A stretch of 24,678 nucleotides of DNA from positions 1 through 24,678 of the IMG/VR virus record IMGVR_UViG_3300022179_000741. One strand, written 5' to 3'. The translations under genes were made by a program, and so were the position numbers. The DNA comes from a virus (taxonomy: Duplodnaviria > Caudoviricetes). How positions within the stretch are numbered: position 1 is the stretch's first letter; the number at the start of each line of letters is the position of its first letter. Of the stretch, positions 6,997 through 14,464 are shown in pieces. A model generated the notes under the pieces. The model did not search any database and had not been told where the DNA came from. It saw nothing but the letters and a program-made list of their open reading frames with translations.

Positions 6997-7425
6997 TCAG
7001 ATCTCAGGTTCAGGAGCCGGCGGCGGTGCCTTCTTGCCACCGAATCCGGTCACAACGGGAGCAGCGTCGAGCTGCGGTTCCATGCGCACAGGCGCATGAG
7101 TTGGTGCCGGAGCCTTGGGTGCAGGCGGCGGCGGGTCAGTCCAGTCGCTGGCCTTCGACACACCAGGCGGCGGGTCGATCAGCTTGGCGACACCATCCTT
7201 GCCCTTGATGGCCAGTAGGGTCGCGAGCGCCCCGAGGATGTACTTGCTCATGTCCGACAGCAGCATGAAGAACTGCTTGTCGGCAGGCGCGATGCCGGTC
7301 ATGGGCTGGGTCACAAACACAACCGAGTACATCGACAGCGTGCTCATCATCAGCAGCACCACGCAGAACGTCGCGCCGATGATCAGCTTGATGACCGAAT
7401 CAATTTGGTCAGGAGTCCATTTCAT
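6997..7425 (-). CDS. two-TM membrane protein with Pro-rich tail (holin candidate)
   Basis: Two hydrophobic segments; located within the lysis cassette. Confidence 0.7.
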   Translation of the reverse strand: MKWTPDQIDSVIKLIIGATFCVVLLMMSTLSMYSVVFVTQPMTGIAPADKQFFMLLSDMSKYILGALATLLAIKGKDGVAKLIDPPPGVSKASDWTDPPPPAPKAPAPTHAPVRMEPQLDAAPVVTGFGGKKAPPPAPEPEI

Positions 7426-7616
7426 TTTTGTTCCTCCGGCTTGAAGTCAGCAGCTGGCACCAGCTGGTCGGGGCAGGTGCCGGTCATGGCACAGGTCGGG
7501 CGCTGGCACTCAGGCTTGGCCCAGTTCTTGTTGTCCTGGCAGGGATACCTGAAGCGGTCTTCGCAGGCACCGATCGTGATGCCGATCAGCAGGGCGATGG
7601 CTAGAGCTCTCAGCAT
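7422..7616 (-). CDS. Cys-rich small lipoprotein
   Basis: MLRALAIALLIGITIGA|CEDRFRYPCQD...CQRPTCAMTGTC; ATG at 7616 overlaps the endolysin stop (TGATG); AGGGAGG RBS. Confidence 0.75.
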   Translation of the reverse strand: MLRALAIALLIGITIGACEDRFRYPCQDNKNWAKPECQRPTCAMTGTCPDQLVPAADFKPEEQK

Positions 7617-8272
7617 CAGTGGCCTCCCTGCATGATCGACAGCGCGTGCTTGTAGTGCTTGATGCGGTCGTTCAGTCCGATCGTGCCGCCGTTGATGCGC
7701 TTGGTCAGCGTCAGGATGTCGCCGGTGTCTGCCCACTGGTTCAGCTTGTTGGTTTCCCAAAACCAGCAGGCCGACTGCGCTGCACCCTCAAACGTAGCTA
7801 GGTACTCAGGCACGTCGTCGATGCTCATCTCCAGGCTGTCAGCGAATGCCTGATAATTTGACCGACCAGTGAGCTGGATAAGACCGCGGCCACAGAAGCG
7901 CCAACCGTCACCACTAGACTCATCGCCATTACCCATGCGACCGGCATAGACGCGGTTTGCAATAGCCTCTTGGCGGCTCGGGCGGCGACAGTAGTCTTCA
8001 GCAATCTCATCAGTCGAAAAGTATTTGGGGAAGATCCGGCGCAGGGTGGCCGGCTTGTAGTTCAGGTTTTCTTTCAGCACCATGAAGTTGCCAGACTCAT
8101 GGGCGCACTGCGCGACAAAGGCAGCGATGCGGGTGGGCGTGTTGATCTCGTAGTCATCCAGCAGGGTCGACCCGCCGAGCTCATCCTGCGGTGCCGCCAG
8201 CGCCTCATGCCAGTGGTGGGCATAAGGGTTGCGCGGGATCATTTGCTTCAGCTGCGACAGTGTCAACATCAT
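7616..8272 (-). CDS. endolysin, glycoside hydrolase family 19
   Basis: AAFVAQCAHESG, GRGLIQLTGRSNY, SACWFW and RINGG motifs. Confidence 0.93.
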   Translation of the reverse strand: MMLTLSQLKQMIPRNPYAHHWHEALAAPQDELGGSTLLDDYEINTPTRIAAFVAQCAHESGNFMVLKENLNYKPATLRRIFPKYFSTDEIAEDYCRRPSRQEAIANRVYAGRMGNGDESSGDGWRFCGRGLIQLTGRSNYQAFADSLEMSIDDVPEYLATFEGAAQSACWFWETNKLNQWADTGDILTLTKRINGGTIGLNDRIKHYKHALSIMQGGH

Positions 8273-8586
8273 TCGCTCCTAATGGTTTCTTGACGCCGCT
8301 CCTCTAAGATTTGACGCCTCAATTCTTTCATCTTCTTTACCTCATGCACCGCAGCCTGGGTCGCGAACCACATGTCGTAGTACATGAAGGACAGCACCGG
8401 CATGACGATGAAAAACATCAGCACCACAGCCATGACCGTAGCGATCAATGACCAAGGTACATTCTCATCGTCGCGCTTTTGATCACCAGCCACATTAGAC
8501 CCACTGCCCACAGAATTACGAACACGACTGCCCCAATCCATACCAGCCGGCTTTTGAGTCGATTTATTGCCCGCCTTCGTCGCCAT
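8269..8586 (-). CDS. single-TM membrane protein overlapping the upstream gene
   Basis: TM WSLIATVMAVVLMFFIVMPVLSFMYY plus C-terminal coiled coil; ATGA overlap with the endolysin; start uncertain. Confidence 0.65.
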   Translation of the reverse strand: MATKAGNKSTQKPAGMDWGSRVRNSVGSGSNVAGDQKRDDENVPWSLIATVMAVVLMFFIVMPVLSFMYYDMWFATQAAVHEVKKMKELRRQILEERRQETIRSE

Positions 8587-9143
8587 CGAGCCGCCTGGAT
8601 CTTTCTAGTCTCTGCTGCTAACGCATCTGCCTGCTCGTTCTGGATGTCAGTCCACGCCTTCTCAAAAAGGCTCCACACTGAGCCAAGCTCACTCGGCGTA
8701 TTGAACACCATCTGTTCTCGCACCTGCGCCAGCATCTCGTTCAGCTTGCTCTCAAGCCGGATGCGCTCCAGCGCCCTGCGACCTACCGACAAATCGCCTC
8801 GGTAAACTTCCTTTGCTGCCGCCTCGCTCTGCACATATATCTTTGCGAGCGCTTCGTACTGGTCGATGAAGTTGCCAAGGTTTGACCAGATGTCGTTCAG
8901 CACATCATCCGGCGTGGCCTTCGCCACCTCCTGCACACGCTTGACCTCTTCCTGGTACTGCTTCGTCTGCTCTTTACTCGGGCTGACGATCTTGTTGTAC
9001 TGCTCCTTCAGGTCTTTCAGTACGTCACTGACATCCCCGCTGGTCGACTTGATCTGCTTGTAGAGCTCGACACCTTTCTTGGCCAGGTCGATTGCCGTGG
9101 TACATGCCTTGTAGGCCGCGGCAATGGTGATCGGGTCAAGCAC
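8445..9143 (-). CDS. coiled-coil protein with C-terminal TM anchor
   Basis: 232 aa ORF, helical, Arg cluster followed by a hydrophobic C-terminal segment. Confidence 0.8.
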   Translation of the reverse strand: MLDPITIAAAYKACTTAIDLAKKGVELYKQIKSTSGDVSDVLKDLKEQYNKIVSPSKEQTKQYQEEVKRVQEVAKATPDDVLNDIWSNLGNFIDQYEALAKIYVQSEAAAKEVYRGDLSVGRRALERIRLESKLNEMLAQVREQMVFNTPSELGSVWSLFEKAWTDIQNEQADALAAETRKIQAARWRRRRAINRLKSRLVWIGAVVFVILWAVGLMWLVIKSATMRMYLGH

Positions 9144-9144
9144 A

Positions 9145-9426
9145 TCAGAACAGGTGGAGCTGCTTCTTCATGCTGATGATCTCTTCACGCAAAGCATGGT
9201 TGTTTTCCTCGCACTTGCGGTTCTGCTCTTCGACCGCAGCCAGCCGCTGCGACAGCCGCTCAACCTCATCGCGCAGCATCTGAATGACCTGCTGAGTCGC
9301 GGCATCTGTCGTGTTGTTTATGCGCCCCTCGCGGTTGTCGGCCAGTACCTTGCGCCACATGGCATAAGCACCAGCAACAGCAGCTCCAACGCCGACACCC
9401 AGATTGGTCAACCAGTTCTCCATCAT
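9145..9426 (-). CDS. N-terminal TM plus coiled-coil protein (holin/antiholin-like)
   Basis: LGVGVGAAVAGAYAMW then heptad repeats; GGAG RBS. Confidence 0.75.
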   Translation of the reverse strand: MMENWLTNLGVGVGAAVAGAYAMWRKVLADNREGRINNTTDAATQQVIQMLRDEVERLSQRLAAVEEQNRKCEENNHALREEIISMKKQLHLF

Positions 9427-9434
9427 TCACTCCA

Positions 9435-9878
9435 TCAAGCAGGGCGCACAAGGCAGCCGTCAAACCTGGTCGTGTCGGCAGCAGCAAGCGTGTTCACAGA
9501 GCTGCCTGTCGCGTGGTATGCAGCCACCTCAACGTAGTCGGTACTACCGTTCAGGTAGACCAAACCGCTGGCCACAGATACCGGGCCAGTAAACGATCCT
9601 GTCGTGTAGCTTCCGCACTTAACCTGCGAGCCGTTCTTTGTGATGTAGCAGAGCGGGTTGGTTGTGCTACCAGTGAACTGCACGCTTGCGTTGATCTGGT
9701 AGTACCCAGCGACAGTCGGCGTAAACCGCGAGCTGGCGAAGTTGCTGTTGGTGTCAAAATCTTCAACCGCAAAATTGACCTTAGTAATCGCAGCCGTAGG
9801 TATAGACGTGCTCGCATTGGCATACGCACTAAATGCAGGAGCGTTCGGCATGTTCCCTAGTTTCTGTGACTTGCCCAT
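9435..9878 (-). CDS. C1q/TNF-like domain protein, putative short receptor-binding protein
   Basis: PAFSAY...VNF..EDFDTNSNF..SRFTPTVAGYYQINASV...YLNGSTDYVEV; AAGGAG RBS. Confidence 0.75.
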   Translation of the reverse strand: MGKSQKLGNMPNAPAFSAYANASTSIPTAAITKVNFAVEDFDTNSNFASSRFTPTVAGYYQINASVQFTGSTTNPLCYITKNGSQVKCGSYTTGSFTGPVSVASGLVYLNGSTDYVEVAAYHATGSSVNTLAAADTTRFDGCLVRPA

Positions 9879-9940
9879 CTGGGGCTCCTTTCTTCTGTAG
9901 TCTTTTTCTTGAGCCCCATCGGGGCGGTTGGTAATTGGAC

Positions 9941-10384
9941 TTACACTGTCGGCAGCTCCGGCCAGGTGATCTCAAACGGGAAGCCAGCCTGCGCGGTCAG
10001 ATCCCGCAGCGCCTGGCGGTAAGCCAGCCACGCCTCGCGGTTGACCGGCGCGTCAGCCAGCTGTGTCCAGTCCGACTCGGACAGCCTGCGGTTGCGCTCG
10101 GCTCGGATCGAGGCCGACTGCTGCGCGTCCACTGCAGCCTTCGCCTCGTCGCTCATGTCCACCAGGGCAAACTTGGTGAACCACTTGCCGTTGATCTCCT
10201 CGACGCCATCGCGTGCCACGGTCTGGTACCGGCCTGCGCTCGGCGTCGGCCCGTTCAGCACCGGGTCGGCGTCGAAGCCATCCAGCAGCTCAACCGTCAG
10301 CTGTTGAGGAAAACTAGTGTTCGGATGAGCAGCGCGAAACTCGCTCTCTGTCATCACTTGCCCTGTTCTAAGTCTGATTTCCAT
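9941..10384 (-). CDS. tail fibre assembly chaperone-like protein
   Basis: IRAERNRRLSESDWTQLAD...W..YRQALRDL...FP..ITWP; start MEIRL at 10384 with GAGGA RBS. Confidence 0.85.
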   Translation of the reverse strand: MEIRLRTGQVMTESEFRAAHPNTSFPQQLTVELLDGFDADPVLNGPTPSAGRYQTVARDGVEEINGKWFTKFALVDMSDEAKAAVDAQQSASIRAERNRRLSESDWTQLADAPVNREAWLAYRQALRDLTAQAGFPFEITWPELPTV

Positions 10385-10392
10385 GATTGTCC

Positions 10393-12300
10393 TCAAGCAA
10401 TAGCTAAGAAGATGAATGTTCCACCGCTTTGGTTAATTTGCACTGGCGCTGTGCTGCTAATCTGAAATCCAGAGTTCACAGGGTCAATATAGTCTGTGTT
10501 GGTCACTTCAGCCGCAGTCGAGTTCAGAAGCAGGTAAGGGTCGTTACCACTAATAATCCCTCTAGCAGTATCCCAAACGTACCAATCGCCCGTTGAGCTT
10601 GTGCGCTTAATAAGAACAAATCTAGCGCCAGCAGTAAAGCCACAGTCAATCGTTAGCGTCGTTCCTGTACCTGTGTAACTACCTACTTTGGATACGCCTG
10701 CAACAGTAGCGAATAGGTAAGTAACGTAGGTGTCGTTAAGGTTGTTTGCTCTTGATCCAGTGCCGACGCTAAATACCGTTGACGTTGGTGCTGTAGATGT
10801 CCAAAACCCGGCGTTTGTGGCTTCAGCATCTGTTTGGTTTAGGAACAAATACTTATTTGTGCCGCTAAACAACGTATGCCATACAATCCAATCTGAGTTA
10901 GTGGCTGAGTTTCGTTTCTTGCGAATCATCAATTCAGGTACTACACCTAGACCGTGATTTATTGTATGTCCTGATGCTGTTCCTGTATCACACACCACAT
11001 CAAAGAAGCCGGGAGCGCGTCTAAACATTTGATAAGAGCGTTTGGAACTATTTCCATCGTCGCTTGCTCTTACTTGCGTATTACTAGTAAATATGCCACC
11101 AGACTGCGTTGATTCAGCACTTGTTGCATTACTTTCTAAAAATTTATCTGCACCACGCAATCTGTCCATCCAATACCATTGGATAGTTCCAGCCAAATTT
11201 TGACCTTCAAATAGAAAATCTACAGGAAAATTGGATGTTTGAAGTGCATCAACACCAGTAAAAGTAGTGGGAACAAACACACTCGTTCCACTCGTCGGCG
11301 TTTTCATCGGGCGACGGATGGCGATGTAGATGTAGGTGGTCGTTGGGTTTTCAAAACCGTTTACAAGCTCAAATCCTGTAGCCGTTGGGCAAACATATTT
11401 AGTAGTGAAAACATTTTCTGCCGCAGATGTGTTTGCATACAGAGTATTCATCCCTGTTTGCGAAAACCCTCTCATGTTGTCTGCAATCCACCAATTTCCT
11501 GTTGGCGTACTTCCGCTTGCTGCTTTCCATATCACCAACTGAGGCTCATACCCCAACGTCACCGTCGCATTACCGCTTCCATCAGTTGTAAACGACCCAC
11601 AACTAATCACATTGTCCGTACCAGACGCGCCAAAGCCTCCAGCGTCGTGAGCGAATAGGTAGGCAACGTAGGTTTCGTTATTGACGTTTGAATTGCCACC
11701 AACAGTAAATTGCGTAGATGTGGGTGCCGTGTCTCCCCAACTGGCAGACGTAGTGGTTTCTGAATTGGTTCCATTTAATCGTAAGTCTTTCGTTGCCCCA
11801 ATAGACCGATGATAAACAAACCAATTACCGGCGTAGCTTAAAGATTTTGCGATTATGCAGCCCGGCACACTACCCAACGAATGGGAAATGGCTCTAGGAC
11901 TTGTCCCGTTACCTGTCCACGTCACAATGTCAAAGAACTTTTCTTGCTCGCGGAATGTCCATGAGACTAAATTATTTGAAGATGTATTTATTGCAGCATT
12001 TGAACCTATTGAAAAACCATTTGTGTTAAATGCAGTAAGTCCAGTCGCAATAGTGCTTTGAGCATCAGTTACATTTGAAAAAATAGCCTTTGTTGTTCCT
12101 CTAGCCGTATCATATAAATTATGGCTAAATGTTGTTGATCGATCTTTAAACCAAACTAACCCTCCTTTAGTAGAAAGGTCGATATTATTAGTAATGGTTT
12201 GTGATGCCCCAGTACCCGTGTAAAGGTATGTCGAGAATACGTCCTCGATGTATTGAGGAACAGCCGCCGCAGCAGCACCTAAGAGCTTATTAGTTAGCAT
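10393..12300 (-). CDS. tail-fibre-associated repeat protein (adhesin-like, six ~100-aa repeats)
   Basis: Repeats of the form YTGxG...GxxP.LVxxK...W...RG...L..N.T.AE; low GC; lies between the fibre and the chaperone. Confidence 0.8.
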   Translation of the reverse strand: MLTNKLLGAAAAAVPQYIEDVFSTYLYTGTGASQTITNNIDLSTKGGLVWFKDRSTTFSHNLYDTARGTTKAIFSNVTDAQSTIATGLTAFNTNGFSIGSNAAINTSSNNLVSWTFREQEKFFDIVTWTGNGTSPRAISHSLGSVPGCIIAKSLSYAGNWFVYHRSIGATKDLRLNGTNSETTTSASWGDTAPTSTQFTVGGNSNVNNETYVAYLFAHDAGGFGASGTDNVISCGSFTTDGSGNATVTLGYEPQLVIWKAASGSTPTGNWWIADNMRGFSQTGMNTLYANTSAAENVFTTKYVCPTATGFELVNGFENPTTTYIYIAIRRPMKTPTSGTSVFVPTTFTGVDALQTSNFPVDFLFEGQNLAGTIQWYWMDRLRGADKFLESNATSAESTQSGGIFTSNTQVRASDDGNSSKRSYQMFRRAPGFFDVVCDTGTASGHTINHGLGVVPELMIRKKRNSATNSDWIVWHTLFSGTNKYLFLNQTDAEATNAGFWTSTAPTSTVFSVGTGSRANNLNDTYVTYLFATVAGVSKVGSYTGTGTTLTIDCGFTAGARFVLIKRTSSTGDWYVWDTARGIISGNDPYLLLNSTAAEVTNTDYIDPVNSGFQISSTAPVQINQSGGTFIFLAIA

Positions 12301-14435
12301 CAGTTATTTCCTACTCGCGCACCGTAAACCTGACCGCCAACTTTCCACAGCACGATTACCGTATAACCTGTGGTATTTAACGTAGGCGCAGAACCAGAGT
12401 CTGTTTTCCACGAAACGCCAGATGTACCAAAGGTCGTGTCAGTCCACGTTAGTGTGTAGGCTGAACCATCGTCCACCATCAGCGTCACGGCCTCACCGTT
12501 GGCGAAGTTCGTCGCCTTGGGTGTCCGGTTAGCACCGAGCGTGATGAGCTGGATTGAGCCGTTGCCAGGATCGATCTCAAAGGCCGCGCCGTCGGTGATG
12601 GTGAAGATGTCCTCGAGGATCGTGCCGGTGATTGCCGGGTCGGTCAGCGTCTTGTTCGACAGCGTTTCAGTACCGCTCGGCGTCACATAGTCTGTGCCAG
12701 CCACAGCTGCGGCTATCACACCGCTCGAGGCCTTCAGCACGCCAGTTGTCGTCGCCCGCTTGATGGTCTTACCACCGGTGCCAGAGAACAGCGCGATCTC
12801 GTTGTCGACGCTCGACGATTGACCGGCCACGTCGCCAGTGCCAGGGAACGTCTGCCCACCGTTGAAAGTGATGTTGCCGGTCATCGTGCCGCCGGTTGTC
12901 GGCAGAGCTCCGACATCTGCAGCAGTCACCGAGGCGACTGCCTTGAACGTCAGGATGCGCACTTCGTCATCCAGCGTCAGCGCGGTGGTGAAGGTGATCG
13001 TCGAGCCGTTGGTCGCGGTGATCTCGTCGCTGTACAGCAGCGCACCGTTGACCCAGACGTAAGTGAAGCCGACACGGTAGCCACCGGTAAACGTGTAGCT
13101 GGTCTGGCCTGCTGTTGCCTTGAAGCTCTTCTCGACGGTCAGATCCGGCAGGGTCGGCAGCGCCTGCCAGGCCGAGCCGGTGTATACCCGCATCTCGTTG
13201 GCCGCGCTGTTGAAGTACAGCGCACCGGTCAGCAGCGCATTGCCGTCGTTGTCCAGCGTCGGGTTGCTGGTCTTCGCGCCCAGGTATCGATCGTCGAAAG
13301 AGTCATAGCTTGCAGCTGCGGCAGTTGCCGAGCTCGCTGCAGCGGTTTCGCTTGCAGCAGCTGCGGTCGCACTGTTGGATGCATTGGTCGCGCTAGTGCT
13401 TGCCGAGCTCGCAGAGTTGGCTGCGTTGGTCGCACTGGTTGATGCGTTGCTCGCCGATGTCGAGGCCGACGATGCCGAGCTGGAGGCGTTGCTGGCCGAC
13501 GTGCTGGCAGAGCTCGCGCTGTTCGACGCATTGGTCGCCGATGTTGCCGCAGCGGTTGCGCTGTTGCCGGCGTTGGTTGCCGCCGTGCTAGCAGTCGTTG
13601 CCGCGCTCGAGGCTGTCGAGGCAGAGCTCGCGGCATTGGTTGCCGACGTTGATGCGTTAGACGCTGCAGTGCTTGCAGTGCTGGCCGAGCTCGAAGCATT
13701 GGATGCCGAGGTCGAAGCGTTTGATGCGCTAGTTGCTGCAGCGGATGCAGAGGAGGCCGCGTTGCTAGCTGAAGTCGAAGCAGCGGCAGCATCCACCAGC
13801 AGCGTCCACTTGGCGCTATCGGTGTTGGTGTTGATCGGCTGCGAACCGGTCGAGGTATGCTGGACGATACACTGCCAGATGTTGTTGTTGGTGGTGTCCT
13901 TGACGATGTCTCGGACGTAGTACAGCGTGCTCGCCGCCCAGTTGCCGCGGTTGGTGCCAAGCGTGTCAGCGATAGCAGGGTTGCCGTTGGCATCGAAGCC
14001 GAGTGCTTTGTTCGCACGCAGTGCTGCTCGAGGCAGGATCATGTTGATCGTGGTCGGGTCGGTCTGTGGTGCAGACAGCGCACGCGCCAGACCCTCGGCA
14101 TTCTGCTGCGCAAAGATCGTTTGCTGATCCAGCTCGTCGTTTAGCGTGTTGGCGAAGAAGTCGCCACCGGTCACAAAGTCCGTGGTGCGCTGGATCGTCC
14201 GGTTGCCGACGATGGCGATCTGCGTCGCACCGGTCGGCGATGCGGTCAGCGTCACGCTGCCGGTGCCGTTGCTGTTGATCGTCACCGTGTAGTCGGTGGT
14301 CAGCGTCAGCAGCGCGTCGTCCTTGTAGACCGATATGTCGGTCGCCGCCAGGATCTCGAACGTGAACGCATACGGGCCTGTGCCTGAAGCGGCAAAGACC
14401 ACACGCCTTGTCACATTGTTAATTGGTACGCCCAT
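12300..14435 (-). CDS. main tail fibre protein (T7 gp17-like N-terminal anchor)
   Basis: N-terminal YAFTFEIL...LTLTTDYTV...LNDELDQQTIFAQQ; Ala/Ser/Thr stalk; SYDSFDDRYLGAK..PT.DNDG.AL..GALYFN motif. Confidence 0.9.
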   Translation of the reverse strand: MGVPINNVTRRVVFAASGTGPYAFTFEILAATDISVYKDDALLTLTTDYTVTINSNGTGSVTLTASPTGATQIAIVGNRTIQRTTDFVTGGDFFANTLNDELDQQTIFAQQNAEGLARALSAPQTDPTTINMILPRAALRANKALGFDANGNPAIADTLGTNRGNWAASTLYYVRDIVKDTTNNNIWQCIVQHTSTGSQPINTNTDSAKWTLLVDAAAASTSASNAASSASAAATSASNASTSASNASSSASTASTAASNASTSATNAASSASTASSAATTASTAATNAGNSATAAATSATNASNSASSASTSASNASSSASSASTSASNASTSATNAANSASSASTSATNASNSATAAAASETAAASSATAAAASYDSFDDRYLGAKTSNPTLDNDGNALLTGALYFNSAANEMRVYTGSAWQALPTLPDLTVEKSFKATAGQTSYTFTGGYRVGFTYVWVNGALLYSDEITATNGSTITFTTALTLDDEVRILTFKAVASVTAADVGALPTTGGTMTGNITFNGGQTFPGTGDVAGQSSSVDNEIALFSGTGGKTIKRATTTGVLKASSGVIAAAVAGTDYVTPSGTETLSNKTLTDPAITGTILEDIFTITDGAAFEIDPGNGSIQLITLGANRTPKATNFANGEAVTLMVDDGSAYTLTWTDTTFGTSGVSWKTDSGSAPTLNTTGYTVIVLWKVGGQVYGARVGNN
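13310..13790 (-). repeat. degenerate coding repeat, Ala/Ser/Thr/Asn heptads (e.g. ASTSASN) of the fibre stalk
   Basis: About 160 codons of A/S/T/N with 7-residue periodicity. Confidence 0.85.
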
Positions 14436-14464
14436 GTCTCAATCCTTCCAATTGGTAATTGTAC

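Noticed and set aside
13375-13920. Plus-strand ORF rich in A/L/V/E/D repeats
   Set aside because: Antisense shadow of the Ala/Ser/Thr fibre stalk; no RBS or operon context.
9435-14435. Diversity-generating retroelement or invertible tail-fibre shufflon
   Set aside because: No reverse transcriptase, no TR/VR pair and no oppositely oriented fibre cassettes or inverted crossover sites were visible in this window.
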